Source of the DNA: Thecamonas trahens ATCC 50062
Taxonomy: Eukaryota; Protista; Apusomonadida
DNA: 64,000 bases
Assembly: GCF_000142905.1 (NCBI RefSeq)
Contig: NW_013657666.1
Location: forward strand, 32,752-96,751
Direction of reading: 5' to 3'
The notes under the pieces were generated by a model. It was given only the letters and a program-made list of their open reading frames with translations, did no database searches and was not told the DNA's origin. Positions 41,501 through 53,943 of this stretch are shown here, piece by piece. Position 1 is the first letter of the stretch. The number at the start of each line of letters is the position of its first letter. Position numbers and translations under genes: made by a program.

Positions 41501-44500
41501 TCCATCGTCGACGTCCCGCTCGCGCCCGATGCCGCTGCCGTCGCCCTCGCCACCCCCATGGGCCGCCTCATGCACGAAGTTCTCTACGCACCTGCATCGC
41601 TCCTCCCTCCGCTCCTCGCCCTCCTTCGCGATGCCCTTGGCCTCTGCTCGCAGCACTACGACGGCCCGTTTGTCCCGCTCCTTCTCTACCTCGTCCGCCT
41701 CGCCACCCGCGTCCTCTCCTTTGCTGCGGCCGCTGCCGCAGACCCCGACCTGGCCCGCCTCGCCCGCTCCACTGCAGAGGCCATTGCTGCTCAGGCTGCG
41801 CTCACCGACTTTCTTGCCACCGCCGTCGTCGATACACTCGCCGGCTACATCGCCGCCGCAGAGGCTGGAGACGACCTCAAAACCTCCACGTCCCTCCACG
41901 TCCACATCACCCTTGTGTACGGCGCAGTCCTCCCGGGGCCGCTCGCTCACGCAGACGCTTTCCTCGCCTCCTCGGCTTTTGTCGTCTCATGGCACTCCGA
42001 ATCGTTTGGTGCCCGCTCGTGGCCGCAGGATATCAACCCGCGCCTTGCCGTGCCCACTGCAGACGTTCCGGTCCACGACACGTTTTTTATCTATGAGCTT
42101 GCCCGCCCGCAGCTTGTCGCCGCGGTCGCGACCGCGCCTCAATCGGCCCTTGATGCCACGCTCTCTCGCGTTGTCGCAGCCGCACTCCAGCGCGAGGCCC
42201 CGGCGCTTAACGCTACCCCGGCCTGGCGAGGATGGTCTGCCGTCGCAGACAAGCCGCTCCTCTGCACCCACGTTGTCGAGTCGGCCCATCCCTACCCGAA
42301 CGCCACAGACTACTACGAGACGGTTTCCTTCCCCGGCGCCCCGTACATCACCCTCTATTTTGACCCCAAGACCTCCACTGAGGCCTCCGCGGACTACATC
42401 ACCATCTACAAGGACGCCTCCTGCACCTCGTACTGGGGCCGCGGCAAGCGCATGTCCGGCTCGCCTGCAAAGGGCTGGCCCGGTGCGGGTGGCGCCCCGC
42501 CACTCGTCATCCCCGCCGACTCGTTTGTCTTCCACTTTCATTCAGACGCCACAAAGCCCGACTGGGGCTACCGCCTCATCGCCTCGGCCCCGGTCGCTCC
42601 CGCCGCTCTCGCTGCCCTTGTCGATCTCCCGCCTCCGCCCTCGCTATCTCGACAAACCATTCCACCACTCCTAGCCCAGCACGCCCTCGTCGCCACCTCG
42701 AACGTTCTCCAAGACGCGTACACATGGCTCGCAGCTGCAACTCCCGCCGATCTTTCCGCTCTTGTAGACGCCGGCTCGTCCGCTGCTGGCGACGACGCCG
42801 TCGCTGGCATGTACCGCGACCCCATGTCGGTCGTCGTTGTCAACATCCAGACTGCAGAAGTCTATCTCCGCTCGCGCATGCTCATGCCGGTCCCCATCGA
42901 TGTCGCCGGTGCGCCTGACTTTACCCGCGTCCTCGGCGACCACGACTCTCTCTTTTGCGCCGTCCTCTCGGCGAACACTTCGGCGCGCACCCTCTCGGTC
43001 ATGGCGCCCGAGGGCGTCCATACTGTTGTCGCCTGGCGCCCGCTCACCTACGACGCCGCCGCTGCTGCCATGGCTGCCGCCGCCGCATCGGCTGCTGCCT
43101 CTGCTCCGGTCGTCCAGCCCTCGCACCCGGCATCCTCCTCGTCCAACACCCAAGCCCGCGCCCCGCTGGGTGGCCTCCCGGACCAGCCGGCCTACAACAT
43201 GCCGCGCCGGGCGCCCAACGGTGGTCTCGCCTTTAACGGTCGCCTGTACAACGACTACACCCCCGGCTCACTCTCTTGGATCTCGTCAAAGCTGGACGTC
43301 CTCGTCGACGACGCCCTCGCCTCGGCAGAAATCGCCGACGTGCCACTCCTCTGGGTCTCGGACGCCGTCACGCCGGCCTCGCTCTACGCCGTCGACTCGC
43401 ATCTGATCATGTACATGCCGCCATCCGGTGACCTCGAAGCCGCCAAGGGCCATGTCGGCGGCTTTTACGCCATTGTTGCCTCGCCCGCCACCTCCTCGCT
43501 CGCTGTCTACGCCCTCGTCGAGCACGGCCGCCGCATGTACCCTCGCTTGTCTACGCCTCTGATGGTCGCCTCGCTCTGGCAGACCTCGAGCCCGACGCCG
43601 CCGAGCGTGATGAGCCCTGGCTGCCGGGCACCCGCTACGCTGCGGGCAACCTCTTTGATCTCACCCTCGACAAAAAGGGCCAGCTCATCCCGACTGCCGG
43701 TGCCGGCGAGCGGGTCCACGACTTGGTCGGCTCGGTCGTCATCTCCCGGCCCTTCACCCTTCCGCGAGTCGCCACCGCGCTCGCTGCCGCTGCCGATGCG
43801 CAGGCGGAGTACTGGGGCCACGCACTCGCCCCTCCCAAGCTCTCGGTCCTCTTTGAGCCGGCGGTCGCCGCCTCCCGCGAGACTTACGTTCCCCCGGCCC
43901 TTCTCACCGGCCTTCTCCCCGCCGCTCTTGTGCAAGCTTACCACTTTTGGCGTCCGGCCCCGCGCTTGATCCTTGGCTATCCGGCTCCCGACGCAGCTAC
44001 ACACTGCCCTTCGGCGCCAGGCACTCTGCTTGTAGTCACCCTCTCGCCGCGCATCGCGCTCCCGCTAGCGCCTCATCTCCCGCCGCTGCCGTTCCCGGTT
44101 GACCCGAGCTGGACCGCGCCGCGCCTCGCCGCTGCTCTCCTCGCCACCCCGCCCTCGCCCCGCATGCACCCGCCCTCGCTGAGCTCATACATGCCGGTGC
44201 TCTCTGTGACGCCTACGGCCGCAACCTCTGCACCTTCTCGGGGGCGCTCTCGTCGACCTCGGCCCTCACCTGGGACGCCGCCGTCGTCCGTATCGCTACT
44301 GACGGCGTCGACGCCTCCGACAACGAACGCCCGGTTGCCCCGTGCATCCACACGCTCATTAACGTTGCCGCCGCCCCGCCGTCTTCGCCAGCTGCCGCCA
44401 CGGCTCGCATCTTCACCCGCATCGAGAACCTCTCCCACGTACTCGTCTGGTCCACCGGCGTCGCCCTGGCACCCACCGATCAGCTCCCGATCTCGCTGGT

Positions 44501-47500
44501 TGAGCTCCCGCGGCTTCGCACCCGCTTTGCGCTCCGCGCCTCGCAGCCACCGTCCTCGTCGCTTGCCTTTGCCTCGCTCGACTATGACGGGCTCGCCGTC
44601 GCCCCACACCCGCGCCCGGCCACGCTCGCTGCCGCCGGACCACTCTCGCATTACCTTGTTCTCGAGGACGCCTCGCGCCAGCAACACCTCATGGTGCCGA
44701 ATGCACCGCTGCTGCGAGTCAAGATCAAGTCGTGTCCATTTTCGTCAGACATGGCTCTTGCGCGCGACGCCGGCTGGCTTGATGCCGTCGCCACCCGCGT
44801 CTACGTCTACCCCATTCACATCTCGGGGGCATATCTCCTCACGCCCTCGCTCTCGGCCGCGTTCTACCTCTTCTACGTCTCGCTCATGACCGTAACTACG
44901 CCGCCGCCGCCCGCTTGCTCCCGTCGTGCTCATCAGACATGGCCTTCTCGCCCGAGGAGCGCTGGGTCGTCTCGCTCCTCGCGGCCTCAGTCGACGACAA
45001 GCACCCGGACGCCCACGCTCTTCGCCTCCGGTTTGGTCTCATCATCCGCGAGTGCGGTGAGACCGTGCCTTGGGAGTTTGACGACGACGTCTCAGCCTAC
45101 CTTGCCAAGTACCCGCACGTCTCCTCGCTTGCCCTCGTGCCGCTGGCCGATGAGCGTCGCCTCGTCTCTGACCCGCATCGCATCGCGCTTCTTGACGCCC
45201 TCGACGCCGCCGCCACTGCCGGCGAGCTTGCTGTTGTCACCGGCCCGCCGGCCCCGCCTGTCGACGCCGGTAGGCTTTGGTACTCGTTTGCGTCTGCTGT
45301 TCCCAACACCCACGCACAGCTCTCGGCTGCGCCCCGTATCCGCATTCGCTACAACAAGCCTGCCTCGCCGCTCGCGCCGCCGGCTGTCTTTCGCGCCCTC
45401 GAGGACTTTTTCGACGACACCCTTGACGGCCGCGAGGGATCCGGCTTTGCCTTTCTCTACGATGCATTGGTCGGCGGCCTCGACCTTGGCCTCTGGCTCG
45501 ATGGCGGCTCGGCTTCGGCTTCCCCGTCATCGCCTCCTGCCACGCCTACCCGGCCGGCTGTCGTCGACGGCCAGCTCGCCTGCCCAGCCTGCACCGTCTA
45601 CTACCCCGCCGTCGACTCGGCTTGCAACATCTGCGGGACGCCAAACCTACTCGCTGCTGCCGCGCCGTCGTACGCTACAGAAGACCGGCTGGCCCTCTCC
45701 CGCCCACAGCGCAACCTCCTCCGCTTTGTCCTTCGCGCCAAGCTTCTTCTCATCACCAACAGCGGTGCCACCGAGTCGGTCCCCGCCCGCGACGCTGTCC
45801 TCCTCGCCCTCCTCATCGCTACCGAGGCCATCGTGGCTGACCTGGCTCCTGGCGCCAAAGCCGCTTCACTTCCGGCTCTTCCGCCCGGCCTTGGCGCCGA
45901 CGACACCGGCCGCGACGTCGCCTCATTCCTCCCGCAGCTGCTGGCCGCCACCGCGCCCGTCGTCTCGTCGCCAACCTGGGCTGCCCGGGCCAGCGCCGCG
46001 CCCGTCGCCGACTTTGCCGAGGCCACAACGCTAGTTGTGGATCCCAAGGTCGCCATCCGCGGTCTCGAGCTCGCACCAGACACCGGCGGCTCGGCCATGT
46101 CGCTTCTTCATGCCGCATCGCTGCCGGTACATGCCAGCGATGCCTTTGTTGATGCCATTCGGCAACACAGTCTCCTCCTCGCCCCTGACGACCATGCTGC
46201 TGCCCTCTCACGTCCGCTAGCTGGCCTCGGTCTCGACGCCTACATCACTCGCATCCCGCTCGCCGCCACCGACCTCCTCAATGCACTCCCCTTTGATCTC
46301 TCCTCGGCCGCTGAAGCTTCACTCGTCGCACACAACATGCTCGATCGCATGGCGAGCGACCTTGCCGCTTCGGCATCTGCCGCCACTTCTGCCTCGTCCT
46401 GGCACCTTGTCTCCCTCGACGCCCGCCTCCTCTCCGCCATGGACGCCGATGTCGGGACTCCGACCGCCCCCGGCACACCGTCGCCGCGCACCGTCAACGC
46501 CGCTCATGCCGATCACCTCCGCACTGCCCTTGCCTCGCTCAAAGACCTTGGTGCCGCCCTCGATGCCTCACGCCTCGCAGACCTCGATGCTATCCGCGCC
46601 GGCGTCGCTGCCATCGCCCGCCTCGCCAACGCCGCTTCAAACCCGAGCTCGCTCACTGCCATTGTCTTTGACCTCAAGCAGACCGGTGCCGTCCGCATCC
46701 AGCTCTGGTTTGAGCTCGTCGTCGCTGCCCTCCAGGCCAGTGAGCCGGCTCGCTATCTCGCTGCTCTCAACCCGCACCTCGACGCTGCAGACCTCGACGC
46801 CCTCCTTGCCATCGCCGCCACCGTCCTTGTCCGGACCGTCCGGCTCGCCCAGACAAACGCCGCTCTGGCTTCACTTGCTACCCTCACCAGCCACATCCAC
46901 GAGCTCCTCGAGCGTCGTCTTCACACCGGTTGGTCCTTCCTCCGACTGCCGTCGCCCGGCCTCATTGCACACGCTCTTGCTGCCGCCGACTACGACCCAG
47001 GCGCGGCACGGTCTGCCGTCGCCGACCTCCTTAACGCGGCTGTGTCGCTCGAGGCAGACCTCGCTGCCAGCCTGAGGCTGTCGGACGAGGTTGCGTCGCG
47101 AATGGTGTCCCTTGTCCTCGCTTCGACCAGCTACTCGCTCGACGCTGCTTCCGCCATCCTCGCCACGCCAGCCCGACTCGCGCCCATGGTTGACGCCGCC
47201 GCCCGTGGCTGCCTCTACAATGGCGTCCCCCTCAAACTGCCGCCGGCCCACCCAGAGCTGGTGGGCTCGTCCGCCTCGGCCTCCTCGCTCGTTCACCTCG
47301 TCGAGCACACTGGCGCCGCGCTAGCGCGCATCCTCGGCGCCAAGCGCGCGTACGTGGACGAAACGACCTCGCTGCCGACGTTTGATCCGCGCTTCCTGGT
47401 CTTTGAGTTTTCAGTCGGCTTTATGCTCCGCGCCCGCCAAGTCGAGCTCATCGGTGACTTTGCCGCCGCTGCTGCCCAAGGCTCGTCAAGTGTCCATCAG

Positions 47501-50500
47501 ATGATCATGGGCGCCGGCAAGACCACCGTCATCGGCCCTATGCTCGGCCTCATTCTTGCCAACGGCTCCTCGCTTGTCACCCAGGTTGTTCCTGGTGCCC
47601 TTTTGGACATGTCGCGCAACGTCCTCCGCACCGCCTTTTCCAACGTCATGCCCAAGCGCATTTACACCCTCGCCTTTGACCGCTCCTCGCCATCATCCAA
47701 CTCGATCGACGCCGTCCGCGCTCTGGCCGCCAAGCTGCGCCGTGCCCGTGCCCAGCGCGCACTTGTCGTCACCACTCCCGAGGCTGTCAAGTCGCTCATG
47801 CTCAAGTACGTTGATTTGCTTCAGTCGGTTCAGTCGGCCTCGCCGCTCCTCCGCCTTCCGCGCTCCGCCCTCGGCTCGCAGGCCGACAAGGCGTCGGGAC
47901 TCGCCTCTCAGCTCCGCACGAACGAGCTTCTCGCCGACGAGCTGGCGACCATCATCAAGCTCTGGTCGGCCGACGAGGGTGGTGTTGCCCTCCTCGATGA
48001 GGTTGATCTTCTTCTGCACCCGCTCCGCTCAGAGCTTAACTTTCCCATCGGGCCCAAGACCCCCTCCCGCTGGAAGCACTTCGCTGGGACCTCCCGCTCC
48101 ATCTTCTTGATGCCGTCTTTTTCACCACAACCGGCCGCCTTGCTCTTCCCGGCTTTCGACCCGACCCAGACGCGCTCGCCATCCTTCGCGACCTCGCTGC
48201 TGCCGTCCATGCCGGCGTCGACATGCTTGCGCTTCAGACCTCGCCGCATCTTGTCCTCCTCTCGCTCGACTACTATCATGCCTCGCTCCGCCCGCTCTTT
48301 GCCGCCTGGGCCAAGGTCTGGCTCCTTGCTGCCGAGCCGGCGCTCCTTGCCGTCGACGCCGACGTTGTGTCCTACCTCGGTGCGCCAACCTTGAGTCCTG
48401 GCCTCAAGGCCCGCGTCTCGGCCGCCGCTCCGCCACGTGCGCTCCAGCTGCTCAACCTCGCCCGCTCCTGGGTCGTATCCTTCCTCCCGCATGTCCTCGC
48501 CAAGATCTGCCGCGTCCGCTACGGCCTCCTCTCGCCGGCCGACATCGACCGTTGGTCCGCCGCCGAGGGCGCGCCGGTCTCGCTCCCGCTCTCGCGGTCG
48601 CTCCTCGCTGTTCCGTTTGTGGGCAAAGACGTGCCATCTCGCTCGGCTGAGTTTGCCCATCCAGAGGTTCTGCTCGGCACCACCATCCTTGCCTACCGCT
48701 ACGAAGGCCTTCGTAGGCACAACATGCGCACCATCGTCCTCGATCTCAAGGCCCGACTCCTTCAGGAGACCGGTCCGTTTGCGGAGCGTCCGTCGCGCAG
48801 GCTCTTTGCTGACTGGCTCGACGCCGCCCGCCTAGCGCTTCCAGACCCGTCGGTCGCGCCAGCGCTCCTCCCGCTGGAGCTCTTCCAGCCGGCCGACCCA
48901 CGCCAGCTCGACCAGCTTGTTGCCGCCCTTGCCTTTGAGCCGCTTGTTATCCACCACTTTGTCACTGCCCACGTCTTCCCGCAAGTCATGCGCCACCAGG
49001 AGCTCAAGCTCCAGGCCTCAGGCGTTGACCTCGGAGGCGACATGCTGTTTGGTGTCCGCCTCGGCTTCTCCGGTACGCCGTCTGATCTCCTCCCTCGCTC
49101 GCTTCAGCCGTGCCACTACGAGCCCGGCTCCGAGGCCAAGATCATACGAGTCCTCTCGTCGCCGACAAACGTTTCAGTCTCGCTCCTTGCCGACTGGTCG
49201 GTCGACTCGATACTCGCCTCGGTTGCTTGTCCGCAGCCCGGCGACGCTGCTCCGTTCTCCGCCCTCATCGACACGGGCGCCCTCATCACCGGTCTCACCA
49301 ACGAGCAAGTTGCACGTAAGCTCCTCGCCATTGGACTCGAAGGCTTTGACGTTTGCGTCTTCCTCGATGCCTCGGACCGGAAGATGTGTGTCGACCGGAC
49401 GCCCGCGCCGCCAGTCCCGCTCAACCGCTCCGGCGTTGCTCTTGGCCGGCGCTTCACCTTTTACGACCAGGTTCACACCACAGGCATGGACATCCGCCAG
49501 GCTACCGACGCCCGCGCCGCCGTCACCCTCGGCAAGGACATGACTCTCCGTGACTACTCTCAGGGCTGCTACCGCATGCGCGGCCTGGGCCGCGGCCAGA
49601 CCTTGCACCTGTTCATTGTTGCTGAAGTGGCTGCCCTTGTCGACGCCGCGCTGCCAGACGCGCCTCCTCTCGCCTCGCACCCGCCTGTCTCTGTTGTTCT
49701 CCGCGCTGTCCTCGCGTGGCTCATTACCAATTCGATCGCGTCGGAAAAGCTGCAGCACCTCGCCCTCTGCCAGCAAGAGCTCCATTCGGTCTGGCGGAAG
49801 CAGGCGCTCGACTCGCTCCTCACCCTTGCCACCGCGCCGCAGGTTGTCGAGCCCTCGGTCGCGCTCCTCCCGTCGCGGTTCTGGGATCCAGTCACCGACC
49901 CTGGGGCCATTGACGCCATTGTCGCCGAGCACTCGCTCCTCACCGACTCGGAGCGCGCTGCCATGGCCGAGTCGACTGCCCGTGAAGCCGCCGGCATTCG
50001 CCTCACCGCCATCACCTCGCGCATCGCTTCTAGGAACATCCCACTCCCGGTTGACTTGCGTGTTGTCTTGAGCCAGTGCTCCTCTCCGCAGGAAGCCGTC
50101 ACTGCTGTTCTCAATCTCCTCGAGGCATGCGGCTACGCGCCGTCCGAGTTTGACGACGACGCAAGTGACGCGAGCGCGGCCAATGTGGCCGTCGATGATG
50201 GCGACGGTGATGGGCCAACTCTTGACGAAGTCCGCGCTCCTTTCTCCTGCACGCGCTGCACCATGTTCAACGCCGGCGGCGGACGCTCGTGCGAGGTCTG
50301 CAACTCGCCGCGTGACTTTGCCGCCGAGCGCGCCGCCGCCGCCGCTGCTGCTGCCGCCGCCGCTACTGCTGCCGCAATCGAGTCACCGCCGCCGTCGCCG
50401 TCATCGGCTGCCTCGCCACTGCAGATCCTTATTCCGCCGTCGCCAATCGGGTCCGGGCCCAAGTCCCCGTTCTCGGCTAGCTCCGGCTCTGGCTCCGAGT

Positions 50501-53500
50501 CCGGGTTGGCATCTGTGGGTGCCACGCCGTCGCCGGCCCGCCTTGTCGAGTGGCTCAACGTCTGTGTTGAGATCTTCCGTGAGACTCTAGGCACGTTGCA
50601 GGTGCCCGATGTGGTTCCCGAGCCGGTCCCGTTCTCGGTCAAGCTCCGCTCGCTTGCCTTTGCCAAGCGGGCGTTCCTCAAGGATCCATCAGCCTCGCTC
50701 GACGTGGAGAACGTCATTGCCCATGTCGAGGCCCAGGAGGCCCGCGCTGCCGCAGCAGCAGCAGCCTCTGACATCGACGACACCGCATCTGCCCTCGGAT
50801 ATGATGCAGAGATGGAACAGGAGCAGGAGCAGGAGGAGGAGGCCCAGCAAGAGGTCCAGCAAGAAGAGCAGGTCCATGTCGACTACGCCTCCACCCCGCC
50901 CATCGCCACCACCTGGCCCGTCATGGCTCTCGGCTCGCCGAACAGCCTGGTCTCGGCTGTCTTTTACCCGCTTGCTACCTTTGTCCTCCAGGCATCTGTT
51001 CCCCCGCTCGCCTTTCCCCCATCCATGCTCCTCTCCGAGAACTACGCCACTGCGCTCCACCGCTCGGACCTGCCGCGTCGGCTTCGCAACATCGACGTCA
51101 TCGCCGAGTGGACCCTTCCAACCGGCCAGAGTCTTCCCGCTCATCTGCCGTCCGGCGAACCCGTTCAACTCACCCGCTTCTATGTTGCTATCTCACTATC
51201 CGAGGCCGCCGCCCTCCGGCGCGTGATTGACGTCGCCGCCGGCAGCAACATTGCTGGCGCCGGCCTTCGACTCGCCTTTGTCACCCCGCGCGGCCCGGTT
51301 CTCCTCGGCTCACTCCAGACCTACACCGCGCCGCACCTGGCTGTCGCGCCCGAGCCGCTGTTGCACGTCGAGCCTCTACTCGGCCTAGATCACGCTACGG
51401 CTGTCGCTCAGATTTCGGCGGCCGTCGGCAAGTTCACTGTCCTCCTCAACACCGCACGCGTCGCTCCGGCCGAGGTCCCGCTCGCTGCCGCCTCGCTCGC
51501 CCGTCTTGAGTTGTTTGTACCCTCGACCTCCGGCTGGGTCGACGACCTTCATGCCGCCGCTCAGGCCTTCCGCTTCTTCGACTGCGCACTCTGGTTCACC
51601 GACGAGGAGCTTGTCAAGCTCGCTCGCGCGCTCGGTGCTGCGCCGCCGGCCGCCCGCGCTGCGTTCTTCAGCGCCGTCGTTGGTGCTCGTCGCCGCGACC
51701 GCGTCGAGTGGCGTGATACCAAGGTCGCAGGCGTTCTTGCTCAAAATGCGCTCGATGCTGCCGCTCTCTTTGCTCTTCGCGCCACCACCCTCCGTGTCGC
51801 CGCGCTCCTCGCTGCTCAGCACGCGTCGGCGCTCGCCGCTTTTCACGCCCTCGATGCCGATTCTGACGGCTGGATCTCGTCGGCAGAGTTTACTCGCCAG
51901 CTAAGCTCGCTCGCTGCCGCCGATGTCGAGGCCGCGTTTGCCGCCGCCGACCGCGACGCCGACGGCCTACTCAGCTACCGCGAGTTTGCGTCATACTTTT
52001 GGCTCGCTGAGTCCGTCGTCGCCGCGCCGCCTGGCCTCGCTGCCGTTTCCGTCTCGGCCTCGCCGTCGTCCAGTACCTTTTCCGGCCTTGATCTTGTCGC
52101 CAGTCCTTCTTCGCATGTGGAGGACCGCCCCGATGCCTCTCCTCAGCGAGGGCATCGCACCCCGTCGTTGGCTGTCATGTCGTACTCGGAGCTCGCGTCA
52201 ATCGGGACAACCGCGGTTGTGTCGGGCGGTAAGGCCATGATCACCGACGCCTCCCGGATAGTCCTTGGTGAGCTCGAAGTTGTCACCGTCGTGCCTCGCG
52301 GCGTTGAGCTCGCTGCTCCTGGCGCGTGGTACTTTGAGGTTGTTGTCGAGGGTGGCTCGTCGGCGCTCGACGCCACCATCAGCCTCGGCCTCGGCACCCA
52401 GCAGCTGGCTGTCTCGTCGGCCATGCGCCGCGGAGTGGCCGGGGTAGACTTGCGCTTTGCCGCCCACGACATCGTGGTCGGCGACGTCGTCGGTGGCCTA
52501 GTCACCGTCTCGCTCGCTTCTGATGGCGGCGTCGCGGCTGCGCTCACAGTCTTGATTAACGGCGAGCCTCTAACCGAGATTTCCTACGAATCGGGACCGC
52601 CGGTCTTCCCAGCTGTCACCCTCGAGTGGCCGGCGCAAGCGAGGGTCAACTTTGGCGGGCATCCGTTTGTGGCCAACCCTCTCCCGCGCGGCGCCGAGCC
52701 GCTGCTCAACTTTGCGCATGCGCGCAAAGAGCGGATTCACGTCCTCAACGCCGGAAGTCGGTATGGCTTGCTCAAGCCGACGTCCGGCTCGGCACAGATG
52801 ACCATCACCGACGACCTGGAGGTCTCGGTCGAGTCTGGCTTCCCGTCGGCTGTCCTCCAGGGCTGCCTCCTCACTACCGGCAAGTGGTACTACGAGGCGA
52901 CTATTGTCCGCCGCGGGGTGGCGCAGATCGGGTTTGCCGACCTCGAGTTTGTTGGCTCCTCTCGCGACGGAGTCGGCGTCGGTGACGACAAGAACTCGGT
53001 CGGCGTTGACTACGAGCGCTGCGTCCTTTGGTACGACGGCCGCAACCCATTTGGCAAGGCCTGGTCGGTCGGCACCGTCGTTGGCGTCGCCGTCGACATG
53101 GACGCCAAGACGATCTCGTTCTCGCACAACGGCGACTTTTCCAAGCCGTGTGGTCGCGCCATGACCAACTTTGACTTTGTTGCCGGCCTCGCGCCGGGTG
53201 TGACCCTCAACCCGTGCGCCATCCGCCTCAACTGGGGCCACACCCCGCTCGCACATGCCCCGCCGCCTGGCCACTTGTCGGTCGCCGACTGGCTCGAAGC
53301 CCACTCGCCGTCGAGCCCGTGTCCGGAAGCCATCGCCAGAGTCGCCACGTCCCGCGTCGCCGCCGCCGCCGCCGCTGCCACCGCCCCAGGCGCCGCTCTC
53401 CGGGTCGCCGCCGGTCATGCTGCCCTGGCCATCGACACCGAAGACGCCATCGTCGAATCTGTCTCGCCAGGCTATCCCACCGCGTGGGCTCGTGCGGCTC

Positions 53501-53943
53501 TGCCGCTCGCTCCGGGCGCCATGTTCGAGGTCACTCTCCTCGAGTTTGGTCCCGAAGCCGTTGCTTCCATCGGCGTCGCCCGGCACGACTTTGTCGGCGA
53601 TGCCACGTCAGCGCTTGGCGCCTTTGGCGGTGTTGGCCATACCCACACCTCGCGAGCCATCTTCCTGCAGGGTATTTCTGCGGCGTCGCGCTACGTTCCG
53701 CCGCTCCACGACTTTGGCAGCCTCTTTGGCACCCGCCCGTCGGCCGGAGCTGTCATCGGCGTCGCGGTCGATCGTGAGCCTGGCGGCGGAACGCAGATCT
53801 GGTACGCGCTCAATGGCAAGTGGGTTGCCACTAATGACACCTCGCTCGAGTTTGGTAGCCTCTATCCCGCTATCTCGCTCACGCCCAACGTGGTGGCCCA
53901 GTTTAATCTCGGCGGCCGTCCATTCGATCACCCGCGGCCGTAG
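38567..53943 (+). CDS. ~5,000-aa DUF3638/DUF3645-family protein (exon 1 38567-38605, exon 2 from 38813; apparent frameshifts at ~43546, ~44160, ~44890 and ~48062)
   Basis: FDPRFLVFEF...LRARQ...VHQMIMGAGKTTVI, LLDEVDLLLHPLRSELNFP, LLAVPFVGKDVPSRSAEFAHPEV, GFSGTP, ALIDTGA, FYDQVHTTGMDI, QGCYRMR and EMEQEQEQEEE. Also CUB-like VESAHPY...FHSD, two RanBP2-type ZnF, an EF-hand pair and SPRY-like repeats. GAG|gtacg...cacag|TTC is a phase-0 intron. Confidence 0.85.

Noticed and set aside
38567-53943. Pseudogene status for the giant gene
   Set aside because: No in-frame stops seen in the corrected frame, motifs are intact, and the same type of indel affects a housekeeping gene, so sequencing error is more likely.
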